DNA of 64,000 nucleotides from Chloroflexota bacterium. Its GTDB lineage: Bacteria; Chloroflexota; Limnocylindria; Limnocylindrales; CSP1-4. Positions 1 to 8,374 of the stretch are shown here, one piece after another (within the stretch, counting starts at the first letter, position 1; each line of letters begins with the position of its first letter). Below the pieces are notes generated by a model. It was not told where the DNA came from. It made no database searches and saw only the letters and a program-made list of their open reading frames with translations. The translations under genes were made by a program, and so were the position numbers. The stretch is from contig JAJZRG010000008.1 in NCBI GenBank assembly GCA_021802825.1, positions 16,715 to 80,714 of the forward strand. Direction: 5' to 3'.

Positions 1-294
1 CTCGAGACGCGTCTCGGTGCGCGCGACCTCGAGGCCGCCGCACATCGTGTAGACGTCCCACTCGCGGTACTGGCGCGCCGACTCGAGCGTGAGCTCGGCC
101 ATCTCCTTGTTGTGGTCGACGAGGTAGATGAAGTTCGACGCGTGGCCGGTGGACCCGCCCGGGTTGGGGAGCGGGCCCTTGTCGATCTGGACGATGTCCT
201 TCCAGCCCAAGTTCGCCAGGTGGTAGGCGATGCTGTTGCCGACGATGCCGGCGCCGATGATGACGACCTTGGCGCTGGACGGGAACGTGGCCAT
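1..294 (-). CDS. FAD-dependent oxidoreductase, dimethylglycine oxidase / sarcosine dehydrogenase family (first 98 codons only; gene continues past window start)
   Basis: Own minus-strand translation from ATG at 294: MATFPSSAKVVIIGAGIVGNSIAYHL...GPLPNPGGSTGHASNF...GGLEVARTETRLE. It shows a GxGxxG Rossmann motif plus the GGST.HA and GGLEV..TE.RL blocks typical of DMGO-type flavoenzymes. Absent from the ORF track because it is open at the window edge. Confidence 0.7.
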   Translation of the reverse strand, partial: MATFPSSAKVVIIGAGIVGNSIAYHLANLGWKDIVQIDKGPLPNPGGSTGHASNFIYLVDHNKEMAELTLESARQYREWDVYTMCGGLEVARTETRLE

Positions 295-478
295 GTAGAG
301 CTTGCTCCTTGGGTGTGGACACGACGGCGACGTGGGACGCTAGATGAGGCGGCGGGCCTCCGGCCCAAGCGCTGGTCGGCGATCCGAGCCGCTGTTCAAA
401 GCCAAGGTCCGTTTGTCACGAGTCGCCGCCGAGACGAGGGGACGCAAGTCGCGCCCGACCGGCGATGTTGCGACGCTA

Positions 479-505
479 ACTGTTGACAATCGTCCTGTCA
501 ACAGT
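479..505. promoter_or_regulatory. Perfect 10-bp inverted repeat (ACTGTTGACA-N7-TGTCAACAGT), putative GntR operator overlapping divergent -35-like TTGACA hexamers
   Basis: Read directly: 479-488 is the exact reverse complement of 496-505. TTGACA occurs on the plus strand at 483-488 and on the minus strand at 501-496. The site lies in the 264-bp divergent intergenic region between the DMGO-like gene (start 294) and the GntR gene (start 559). Confidence 0.5.
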
Positions 506-558
506 CAATCTGGCCCGCAAGACGAGCGGCTCGTGACCGCTGCGAAGGCGGGGAGCCG

Positions 559-1266
559 ATGGCCACGATCGAGCACAAGCAACTTTGGCAGGCAGTTGCG
601 GACCAGCTGCGCGACGAGATCCTCGATGGGCGCCTGGCTGCTGGCGCGCGGCTGGTCGAGACCGAGCTCGCGGACCGATTCGGGGTCTCGCGTGGGCCTA
701 TTCGCGACGCCCTCACCGAGCTCGCCCGCACGGGCCTCGCGGTTGACCTCCCCCGACGCGGGACGTTCGTGAGCAGCCTGACCGAGGCTGATCTCAACGA
801 GGTGTACGTGATCCGCCGGGCGATCGAGGAGGTCGCGGTGCGGCTCGCGATCTCCCATGCCACCGCCCAGGAGCTCACCGAGCTCAGGGTGGCCCTCGAG
901 GCGGTCGAGGACGCCTACCGGGGCCCCGACCTCGCCGCAGCCTGGGAAGCCGACATGGAGTTCCACCGCAGCTACTGCCGACTGTCGGGCAACGGCCGCC
1001 TCCTTGCGGTCTTCGAACAACTCGCGTCGCAGACCGTCCTCCTCATGCGGACGGCGGTGGCAACGCGGGCGTCGCTCGCCTGGATCCCGCCGGTCGAGGT
1101 CCACCGCCACATCGCCGACGCGATCGGGGCTCGCGATGCGCAGCGCGCGACTGACGCAGTTGCAGCCCATTACCGGTACACGGAGGAGCGCCTCTCGGCG
1201 GCCGACCGGGGCAGGGAAACGGGTCCAGCTCCCAGCGCCCCGATCCGCCGGTCCCTCGCGGGTTGA
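559..1266 (+). CDS. GntR-family transcriptional regulator (FadR/FCD subfamily)
   Basis: 235-aa ORF. N-terminal winged-HTH (LVETELADRFGVSRGPIRDAL) and a C-terminal all-helical FCD-like domain. GGGGAG Shine-Dalgarno upstream of the ATG. Confidence 0.85.
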   Translation: MATIEHKQLWQAVADQLRDEILDGRLAAGARLVETELADRFGVSRGPIRDALTELARTGLAVDLPRRGTFVSSLTEADLNEVYVIRRAIEEVAVRLAISHATAQELTELRVALEAVEDAYRGPDLAAAWEADMEFHRSYCRLSGNGRLLAVFEQLASQTVLLMRTAVATRASLAWIPPVEVHRHIADAIGARDAQRATDAVAAHYRYTEERLSAADRGRETGPAPSAPIRRSLAG

Positions 1267-1560
1267 GTCGCGTCAGGGTCGGGAGCGCCCCCCGCGTGCA
1301 CGGGCCACACCGCGGGCCCCCGGCTCGGGCCGGGACCCGCGCACGCCGCTGCGCGCGGCGACCCCGGCACGACTCGGCCGCCGGCGCGCGGCTGGGGTCC
1401 CGGGCGGCAGCCGGCGGGCGGCTCCAGGGACGGGACGCCAGCCCGGCCAGGGACGGCACGCCAGACCCCGGCCTGCTGGAGCGGGCCCCGGGGCACGTGG
1501 CCCGGTCGATGCGCCCCGCTCAGCCCCTGGTCGGCGGAAGGCCGGGCCTACCGCGCGCAA

Positions 1561-1625
1561 TCGTCTAGACAGCGCCGCGGCTCTCGTCTATTGTCGGTTG
1601 CGCAATCCGCAACTCGTTGCGCCAT
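1561..1625. promoter_or_regulatory. Repeat- and palindrome-rich, locally AT-richer promoter/operator region upstream of the corrinoid operon
   Basis: Palindromes GTCTAGAC (1563-1570) and TTGCGCAA (1598-1605). Direct repeats TCGTCTA (1561-1567, 1584-1590) and GTTGCGC (1597-1603, 1616-1622). GCAAC-TC-GTTGC at 1609-1620. All lie 30-95 nt upstream of the ATG at 1655. Confidence 0.4.
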
Positions 1626-1654
1626 CCGCTACTAAGTGCTATCGGCAGGAGCCA

Positions 1655-2332
1655 ATGGGAACCGACGGGCCGGAACTGGACCTCGCCTCGCTGAGCGACG
1701 AGGAGCTGGTCAGCCAGATGCACGACGACCTGTACGACGGCCTCGCGCCCGAGACGGTCGAGGGAACAAAGATCCTCCTCGCTCGCGGCTGGGGCGCCGA
1801 CAGGGTCCTCGCCGAGGCGCTCGTCGAGGGCATGCGGATCGTTGGGGTGGACTTCCGGGACGGCATCCTGTTTGTCCCCGAGGTGCTGCTCGCCGCCAAC
1901 GCGATGAAGGCCGGCATGGCCGTGCTGCGCCCACTGCTCGCCGAGACGGGCGCCAAGCCGGTCGGTAAGGTCGTCATCGGCACCGTGAAGGGCGACATCC
2001 ACGACATCGGCAAGAACCTGGTCGGGATGATGCTCGAGGGCGCCGGCTTCGAGGTCGTGGACCTGGGCGTCAACACCGACGCCGACAAGTTCCTCGCCGC
2101 GCTCGAGGAGCACAAGCCCAACATCCTCGGCATGTCGGCGCTGCTCACCACGACGATGCCGTACATGAAGGTCGTGATCCAAGCACTCAAGGACCGGGGC
2201 ATCCGCGAGAAGTACGTGGTCCTCGTCGGCGGCGCGCCGCTCAACGAGGAGTTCGCGATGGCCGTAGGCGCCGACGCGTACTGCCGCGACGCCGCCATCG
2301 CTGCCGAGACGGCCCGCAAGTTCGTCGCATGA
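1655..2332 (+). CDS. Cobalamin-binding corrinoid protein (methyltransferase cognate, MtgC/MttC-like)
   Basis: Real start is the internal ATG at 1655 of ORF 857..2332, with a GGAG Shine-Dalgarno. Carries the B12-binding DxHxxG motif (GDIHDIGKN), a Rossmann-like GMSALLTTTMP segment and an N-terminal helical cap. Confidence 0.9.
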   Translation: MGTDGPELDLASLSDEELVSQMHDDLYDGLAPETVEGTKILLARGWGADRVLAEALVEGMRIVGVDFRDGILFVPEVLLAANAMKAGMAVLRPLLAETGAKPVGKVVIGTVKGDIHDIGKNLVGMMLEGAGFEVVDLGVNTDADKFLAALEEHKPNILGMSALLTTTMPYMKVVIQALKDRGIREKYVVLVGGAPLNEEFAMAVGADAYCRDAAIAAETARKFVA

Positions 2333-3003
2333 GCGAGCGCGGGCCGCGGCCCCCGGCGTCCTCCCAAGCCCTCACCCGCACGCTCGTGCTGGGCTGCGGC
2401 GCGCTGGCGCGCGAGCTGCTCGAGCTCGTCGAGCGCAACGGCCTGGCCGGTGCCGTCGATGTCCGCTGCCTGCCCGCCCAGCTCCACAACCGGCCCGAGG
2501 AGATCGCGCCCGCCGTCGACGCGAAGCTCGCGGAGCTCGCGGCCGGCTACGATCGGGTCTTCGTCGCGTACGCCGACTGCGGGACCGGCGGGGCTCTCGA
2601 CACGGTCGTGGCCAGGCACAACGCCGAGCGGCTGCCGGGCGCCCACTGCTACGCGGCGTACGCGGGCCTCGCAGGGTTCGCGGCCCTCGCGGAGGAGGAG
2701 CCGGGCACCTTCTACCTGACCGACTTCCTAGCCCGCAGCTTCGACGCGCTCGTCGTCCGCGGCCTGGGGCTCGACCGCCACCCCGAGCTGCTGCCCGTGT
2801 ACTTCGCGAGCTACCGGCGAGTGGTCTACCTCTCGCAGCACGAGGACCCCGTGGTCCTCGAGATGGCGCGCCGGGCCGCGGCGCGACTCGGCTTGGCGTT
2901 CGAGCACCGGCCCACGGGCTACGGCGAGCTCGGGACCGCGATGGCGCGGCTGACCGCCAGCCCCGCGCCAACAGGCACGACGCCGACAGGGGCGGCCGCG
3001 TGA
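2329..3003 (+). CDS. DUF1638-family protein (function unknown; recurrently linked to corrinoid methyltransferase loci)
   Basis: 224-aa ORF whose ATGA overlaps the upstream stop. Family assignment comes from sequence recollection (LVLGCGAL...FVAYADCGTGG...FYLTDFL pattern), not from a search. Confidence 0.7.
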   Translation: MSERGPRPPASSQALTRTLVLGCGALARELLELVERNGLAGAVDVRCLPAQLHNRPEEIAPAVDAKLAELAAGYDRVFVAYADCGTGGALDTVVARHNAERLPGAHCYAAYAGLAGFAALAEEEPGTFYLTDFLARSFDALVVRGLGLDRHPELLPVYFASYRRVVYLSQHEDPVVLEMARRAAARLGLAFEHRPTGYGELGTAMARLTASPAPTGTTPTGAAA

Positions 3004-3353
3004 TGGCCACGCTCACGCTGATCCTGTGGCGCGACATCCCCGCCCAGGTCACCGCCAGGGAGGGCCGGCGGACGGCGAAGGCCATGCTGCCGCTGCGGTT
3101 CCAGATGGCGATCGACAAGGCGGCCACCAAGGCCGGCAAGAAGGACATGGACGAGTACCTGGCCGAGTGGCGCCGCACCGAGCGGCCCTGCGGTGAGGAC
3201 CTCGACGCGGAGGTGGCTGCCGAGGTCGCCCGGATCGAAGCCGACTACCCCCGGGCGCGCCTCGCCGCGCTCACCGCCAACCGCGGCCTCGAGGCCGCGC
3301 CACCCGTACCGCTGAGCGCGTCCCCGGCGCCACGCCCCACGGAGGCCCCATGA
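3000..3353 (+). CDS. Small conserved hypothetical protein of the corrinoid operon
   Basis: 117-aa ORF with 4-nt overlaps at both ends (3000/3003 and 3350/3353). Coding-like composition and no recognisable catalytic motif. The start could be GTG 3000 or ATG 3003. Confidence 0.6.
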   Translation: MMATLTLILWRDIPAQVTAREGRRTAKAMLPLRFQMAIDKAATKAGKKDMDEYLAEWRRTERPCGEDLDAEVAAEVARIEADYPRARLAALTANRGLEAAPPVPLSASPAPRPTEAP

Positions 3354-4261
3354 CCCGCACCGTCATCAGCTCGGCGACCCGCGAGGTGGTCATCAGCGGT
3401 GATCTCCCGTTCGTGGTCATCGGCGAGCGGATCAACCCCACGGGCCGCAAGCTCCTCGCCGAGGAGATGCGCAACGGTGACTTCAGCCGCGTCGAGACCG
3501 ACGTCATCGCCCAGGTCGCCGCCGGCGCCCACATGCTCGACGTCAACGCCGGCATCCCGCTCGCCGACGAGCCCGGGATTCTGGCTCGCACGGTCAGGCT
3601 GGTCCAGTCGCTGACGGACCTGCCGCTCTCGATCGACTCGTCGGTGATGGACGCGCTCGAGGCCGGTCTCTCGGTCTACCAGGGCAAGGCGCTCGTGAAC
3701 TCCGTCACCGGTGAGGAGGAGCGCATGGAACGCGTCCTGCCGCTGGTCCGCAAGTACGGCGCCGCGGTCGTCGCCATCTCCAACGACGACACGGGCATCT
3801 CGACGGACCCCGACGTGCGGTTCGCGGTCGCCAAGCGGATCGTGGAGCGCGCGGCCGACCACGGCATCCCGCGCGAGGACGTGGTCGTGGACCCGCTGGT
3901 GATGCCCATCGGCGCGATGCGCACCGCTGGCCGCCAGGTGTTCGCCCTGCTCAACCGGCTGCGCGACGAGCTCAAGGTCAACACCACCTGCGGCGCCTCG
4001 AACGTCAGCTTCGGCCTGCCGGCCCGCGAGGGGATCAACTCCGCGTTCCTGGCCATGGCGATCAGCAACGGCCTGACCTCGGCGATCACCAACCCGCTGC
4101 TCCCCGACGTCCGCAGGGCGATCATGGCCGCTGACGTCCTGCTGGGCAACGACGCCGACGCCGCCGCCTGGATCCGCGCCAACCGCGACCCGAACGCCGA
4201 GGCGGCCGACGGGCGCGAGCGCCGCGTGAACCGGCGCCGGTCCGCCGTCGCCGCCGGCTGA
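3350..4261 (+). CDS. Pterin-binding methyltetrahydrofolate:corrinoid methyltransferase (MtgA/MtrH/AcsE-like)
   Basis: 303-aa ORF with a TIM-barrel pterin-binding pattern: VIGERINPTG, MLDVNAG, SIDS, ALVNSV, CGASNVSFGLP. Confidence 0.88.
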   Translation: MTRTVISSATREVVISGDLPFVVIGERINPTGRKLLAEEMRNGDFSRVETDVIAQVAAGAHMLDVNAGIPLADEPGILARTVRLVQSLTDLPLSIDSSVMDALEAGLSVYQGKALVNSVTGEEERMERVLPLVRKYGAAVVAISNDDTGISTDPDVRFAVAKRIVERAADHGIPREDVVVDPLVMPIGAMRTAGRQVFALLNRLRDELKVNTTCGASNVSFGLPAREGINSAFLAMAISNGLTSAITNPLLPDVRRAIMAADVLLGNDADAAAWIRANRDPNAEAADGRERRVNRRRSAVAAG

Positions 4262-4275
4262 CGCCGAGACCTGAC

Positions 4276-6315
4276 GTGGGATCGCCCGATCCCCTGCTGA
4301 TCTTCACGCCGTCGGGCCGCCGGGGGCACTTCCCCGCAGGCACGACCGTGCTCGACGCGGCCCGCAAGCTGGGCGTGGACATCGATTCGGTGTGCGGGGG
4401 CCGGGGCATCTGCGGCCGCTGCCAAGTGGAGCAGAGCGTCGGCGCGTTCCCCAAGCACGGCATCACCTCGGATCCGGCCCACATCTCGCCTCCCGACACC
4501 GTGGAGGCCAACTACGCCGCGCACAAGGGCCTCGCTCCCAGACGCCGGCTCGCGTGCACGGCGGAGCTGCTGGGCGACGCCGTCGTCGACGTGCCGGCGA
4601 GCTCGCAGGTCCACCGCCAGGTGGTGCGCAAGGAGCTTGAGGTCCGCCCGTTCGACCTCGACCCGGTCACCCGGCTCCACTACGTCGAGGCCGCGCTGCC
4701 GGACCTCGCGTCGCCGGCCTCGGATCTGGTGCGGGTACAGGAGGCGCTGGCGCGGGAGTGGGGCCTGCGCAACCTGGACGCGGACCTTGCGGCGACGCGC
4801 GCGCTCCAGCACGCCGTCGTCGCCGGGCAGGGCAAGGTGACGGTCGCGGTCCACGACGGCCACGCGCTGATCGCCGCCTGGCCCGGCTTCCGCGACCGCG
4901 CCTACGGCGTGGCGGTGGACATCGGCTCCACGACCATCGCGGCGCACCTCGCCAGCCTGCTCGACGGGTCGGTGCTGGCCTCGGCCGGCGTGATGAACCC
5001 CCAGATCCGGTTCGGCGAGGACCTGATGAGCCGCGTCTCGTACGCGATGCTCCACGACCGCGGCGCGGCCGAGATGACCGCCGCCGTCCGCACGGCGCTG
5101 CGGGAGCTGATCGGCACCCTGGCGACGGCGGCGGGCGTGGGGCGCGAGGAGATCCTCGAGATCGCGCTCGTGGGCAACCCGATCATGCACCACCTCGTGC
5201 TCGGCCTCGACCCCACGCCGCTCGGCCAGGCGCCGTTCACGCTCGCGACCGAGCGCGCGGTGCACACGAGCGCGGCCGAGCTCAAGCTCGGCGTCCACCC
5301 CGGGGCGCGCGTCTACGTGCTCCCCTGCATCGCTGGCCACGTGGGCGCCGACACGGCCGGCGTGATCCTCTCCGAGCAGCCGCAGCTGGCCGATGCCGTC
5401 ACGCTCATCGTGGACGTGGGGACGAACGCGGAGCTCGTGCTGGGCAACCGGCACCGCCTGCTCGCCGCGTCGAGCCCCACGGGCCCTGCCTTCGAGGGCG
5501 CCCAGATCTCGTCTGGCCAGCGCGCCGCGCCCGGCGCCATCGAGCGCGTCCGCATCGACCGCGACACGCTCGAGCCGCGGTTCCGCGTCATCGGGTCTGC
5601 GCTGTGGTCGGACGAGCCGGGCTTCGCCGAGGCCACGACGGACACCGGGATCACGGGCATCTGCGGCTCGGGGATCATCGAGGTGATCGCGGAGCTGTTC
5701 CTCGCGGGCGTCATCACCGCCGACGGCATCATCGACGGCTCGCTGGCGGGTCGCACGCCCCGTGTGGTCGCGGACGGGCGCACCTTCGGCTACGTCCTCC
5801 ACGAGGGCGAGCCCCGGGTCGTCGTCACCCAGAACGACGTCCGGGCCATCCAGCTCGCCAAGGCGGCGCTGTACGCGGGCGCGCGGCTGCTGATGGACGC
5901 CTACGGCGTGGACGCGGTGGACGAGGTGCGCCTGGCGGGCGCCTTCGGCAGCCACATCGACACGACCCGCGCCATGGTGCTTGGCCTCGTGCCCGACTGC
6001 GACGTCTCACGCGTCCGTTCCGTCGGCAACGCCGCGGGCGCCGGTGCCCTGATCGCGCTGCTGTCCAGGGAGGCGCGTCGCGAGATCGAGGCGGCCGTCC
6101 GCGCCGTCAACAAGGTCGAGACCGCGATCGAGCCGCGGTTCCAGGAGCACTTCGTCGACGCGCTGGCGATCCCTCACCGGACCGCCGACTACCCCAACCT
6201 CGGCCGTGTCGTGGAGCTGCCGGCACGGCCGGCGGCGGGGCGCGCGGGCCGAGACGAACGAACCGAGCGACGCCAGCGGCGCCAGCCCGTCGCCGCCCCC
6301 GAGGAGGAACGATGA
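4276..6315 (+). CDS. Corrinoid reductive activation protein (RamA/RACo-like: N-terminal 2Fe-2S ferredoxin plus ASKHA ATPase domain)
   Basis: 679-aa ORF with a GTG start. Plant-type 2Fe-2S cluster motif CGGRGICGRCQV. ASKHA phosphate motifs VAVDIGSTT and IVDVGTNAE. Confidence 0.85.
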   Translation: MGSPDPLLIFTPSGRRGHFPAGTTVLDAARKLGVDIDSVCGGRGICGRCQVEQSVGAFPKHGITSDPAHISPPDTVEANYAAHKGLAPRRRLACTAELLGDAVVDVPASSQVHRQVVRKELEVRPFDLDPVTRLHYVEAALPDLASPASDLVRVQEALAREWGLRNLDADLAATRALQHAVVAGQGKVTVAVHDGHALIAAWPGFRDRAYGVAVDIGSTTIAAHLASLLDGSVLASAGVMNPQIRFGEDLMSRVSYAMLHDRGAAEMTAAVRTALRELIGTLATAAGVGREEILEIALVGNPIMHHLVLGLDPTPLGQAPFTLATERAVHTSAAELKLGVHPGARVYVLPCIAGHVGADTAGVILSEQPQLADAVTLIVDVGTNAELVLGNRHRLLAASSPTGPAFEGAQISSGQRAAPGAIERVRIDRDTLEPRFRVIGSALWSDEPGFAEATTDTGITGICGSGIIEVIAELFLAGVITADGIIDGSLAGRTPRVVADGRTFGYVLHEGEPRVVVTQNDVRAIQLAKAALYAGARLLMDAYGVDAVDEVRLAGAFGSHIDTTRAMVLGLVPDCDVSRVRSVGNAAGAGALIALLSREARREIEAAVRAVNKVETAIEPRFQEHFVDALAIPHRTADYPNLGRVVELPARPAAGRAGRDERTERRQRRQPVAAPEEER

Positions 6316-7853
6316 CCGACGATCTCCACAACCGCCGCACCGGGGGTCGTGCCGGGCGCCAGGCGGCCCGCGCGCACTCGGCCGTGGCGCGCGCCCCGTT
6401 CCTCACCCGGACCATGGCCCCCTTCGAGGTGCTCTCCGAGGAGGGCCTCTCGCTCATCGAGCACAACGCCGACGTCATCCTCCAGGAGGTCGGCCTGGAG
6501 TTCCGCGGCGACCCCGAGGCGCTCCGGCTGCTGCGCGACGCAGGCGCCGATGTGCAGGGCGAGCGCGTGCGCTTCCCCGCGGGCCTGTGTCGCTCCATCG
6601 TCCAGGCGAGCGCCCCGCGCACCTACGTCCAGCACGCCCGGAACCCCGAGCGCAGCGTCACGATCGGCGGGATGAACACGGTGTTCGCGCCCAACTACGG
6701 GTCGCCGTTCGTGCGCGACCTGGAGGGCGGCCGACGCTATGCGACGCTCGAGGACTTCCAAAACTTCGTCAAGCTCTCGTACGCCTCGCCCAACCTGCAC
6801 CACTCGGGCGGGACCGTGTGCGAGCCCACCGACGTGGCCGTCAACAAGCGCCACCTCGACATGGTCTACGCCCACATCCGGTACTCGGACAAGCCGTTCA
6901 TGGGCTCGGTCACTGCCCCAGAGCGGGCGGCCGACACGGTCGAGATGGCGAAGATCGTGTTCGGCGCCGATTTCGTCGACCAGAACGCCGTCGTCACCAG
7001 CCTGATCAACGCAAACTCGCCACTGGTGTGGGACGCCACGATGCTCGGCGCGCTGCGCACCTACGCCGCGGCGAACCAGGCGTGCATCGTCACGCCGTTC
7101 ATCCTGGCGGGCGCGATGGCGCCGGTGACCTCGGCCGGGGTCGCCGCGCAGACGCTCGCGGAGGCGCTCGGCGGCATGACGCTCGCCCAGCTGGTCCGCC
7201 CCGGCGCGCCGGTGATCCTGGGCTCCTTCGCAAGCTCGATGTCGATGCAGTCGGGAGCACCCACGTTCGGCACCCCGGAGCCCGCCCTGGTCCTGTACAC
7301 GATGGCCGCGCTTGCGCGCCGGCTGGGCGTCCCCTTCCGCTCCGGCGGCAGCCTGACGGCGTCGAAGATCGAGGACGCGCAGGCGGCGTACGAGTCGGCG
7401 GCCACCCTCCAGCCCACGGTCCTCGCCGGGACCAACTTCGTGCTCCACGCAGCGGGCTGGCTCGAGGGCGGCCTCACGATCGGCTACGAGAAGTTCGTGA
7501 TGGACGCGGACCAGCTCGGGATGATGAGCGTGTTCGCCAAGGGCGTGGACCTGTCCGAGAACGGCCAGGCGCTCGACGCCATCCGCGAGAACGGCCCGGG
7601 CCAGCACTTCCTGGGCACCGCGCACACGCTGGCCAACTTTGAGACCGCGTTCTACCGCTCCGAGATCGCCGACAACAACAGCTACGAGCAGTGGCTCGAG
7701 GGCGGTGAGCTCGACGCGCGGGCACGCGCCCACCGCCTGTGGAAGAAGATGCTCGCCGAGTACGAGGCGCCGGTCATCGACCCCGCGGTGGACGAGGCGC
7801 TGCGGGACTTCGTGGCGCGCCGCAAGGCCTCGATGCCGGACGCGGCGGAATGA
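6312..7853 (+). CDS. MttB-superfamily (trimethylamine methyltransferase family) quaternary-amine:corrinoid methyltransferase, non-pyrrolysine type
   Basis: Real start is ATG 6312 (GAGGAGGA Shine-Dalgarno), within ORF 4758..7853, overlapping the upstream stop by 4 nt. 513 aa with no in-frame UAG. The sequence reads as MttB-family along its whole length (e.g. LINANSPLVWD, ILAGAMAPVT, GAPTFGTPE). Confidence 0.88.
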   Translation: MTDDLHNRRTGGRAGRQAARAHSAVARAPFLTRTMAPFEVLSEEGLSLIEHNADVILQEVGLEFRGDPEALRLLRDAGADVQGERVRFPAGLCRSIVQASAPRTYVQHARNPERSVTIGGMNTVFAPNYGSPFVRDLEGGRRYATLEDFQNFVKLSYASPNLHHSGGTVCEPTDVAVNKRHLDMVYAHIRYSDKPFMGSVTAPERAADTVEMAKIVFGADFVDQNAVVTSLINANSPLVWDATMLGALRTYAAANQACIVTPFILAGAMAPVTSAGVAAQTLAEALGGMTLAQLVRPGAPVILGSFASSMSMQSGAPTFGTPEPALVLYTMAALARRLGVPFRSGGSLTASKIEDAQAAYESAATLQPTVLAGTNFVLHAAGWLEGGLTIGYEKFVMDADQLGMMSVFAKGVDLSENGQALDAIRENGPGQHFLGTAHTLANFETAFYRSEIADNNSYEQWLEGGELDARARAHRLWKKMLAEYEAPVIDPAVDEALRDFVARRKASMPDAAE

Positions 7854-8374
7854 CGATGCCCAACGGCGTGCCCGGCCCCGAGGCCGAAGTCGCAGCCCTC
7901 CTGCCTGCGCTGCGGGAGGCCGCCGAGCGGGCAGGCGGCATGCTGCACCAGCTGGGCGACGCGGCGACCGTGCCGGGGCCTGACGGCGGCTGGACGCCGG
8001 TTCGGACGGTCGTCCACCTGGCCGCGGTCGATGCGCAGGTCTGGACGCCGCGCCTTCGACAGCTCGCGGCGCACGAGCACCCGACCTGGGCCTGGACCGA
8101 GCCCGCGCTTGGCGAGGGGCCCGATCCGCGCCCCGACGCGGCCGCCGACGCCTTCCTGACAGCCCGCGCAACCGTCCTCGAGACGGTGGCCGCCATGGAC
8201 GGGGCCGCGCTGTGCAGCACCGGCATTCACGCCACGTTCGGCGAGCTGGACGTCGTGAGGCTGCTGGGCGAGGTCCTGCGCCACGACGCCGAGCACCTCG
8301 CGTCGCTGGCCGAGACCGTCGCCGCTCGCCCGTCCGGTCCGGCCCGGGGTGGAGGAGGTGCGGCGCATGGTTGA
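7850..8374 (+). CDS. DinB-family protein
   Basis: ATG 7850 overlaps the mttB-family stop (ATGA). A four-helix DinB-like pattern with conserved His residues (VVHLAAVD ... LRHDAEHL). Confidence 0.6.
   Translation: MTMPNGVPGPEAEVAALLPALREAAERAGGMLHQLGDAATVPGPDGGWTPVRTVVHLAAVDAQVWTPRLRQLAAHEHPTWAWTEPALGEGPDPRPDAAADAFLTARATVLETVAAMDGAALCSTGIHATFGELDVVRLLGEVLRHDAEHLASLAETVAARPSGPARGGGGAAHG

Noticed and set aside
1267-1654. Cobalamin riboswitch in the 388-nt leader of the corrinoid operon
   Set aside because: I could not find the B12-box or the conserved GGGAA/GCCACTG-type core by eye. Only a covariance-model scan could settle this, so I do not claim it.
3676-5955. 759-aa minus-strand ORF, and the similar ORFs 7682..9823 (-), 6189..8171 (-), 13428..15260 (-), 15350..17353 (-), 19860..21944 (-), 51804..54152 (-) and 60199..62316 (-)
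   Set aside because: All are antisense to genes with strong family signatures. Their compositions are Arg/Gly/Pro-dominated, as expected for off-frame reading of about 70% GC DNA.
4758-6311. 5' extension of the MttB-family ORF (track gives 4758..7853, 1031 aa)
   Set aside because: The first 518 codons overlap the RamA-like gene in another frame and are Arg/Gly/Pro-rich. The family-like sequence begins at ATG 6312, which has a GAGGAGGA Shine-Dalgarno and a 4-nt overlap with the upstream stop.
6312-7853. Possible pyrrolysine (in-frame UAG) in the MttB-family gene
   Set aside because: The reading frame is uninterrupted from 6312 to the TGA at 7851-7853, and no pyl genes are in the window. It is the non-Pyl type.
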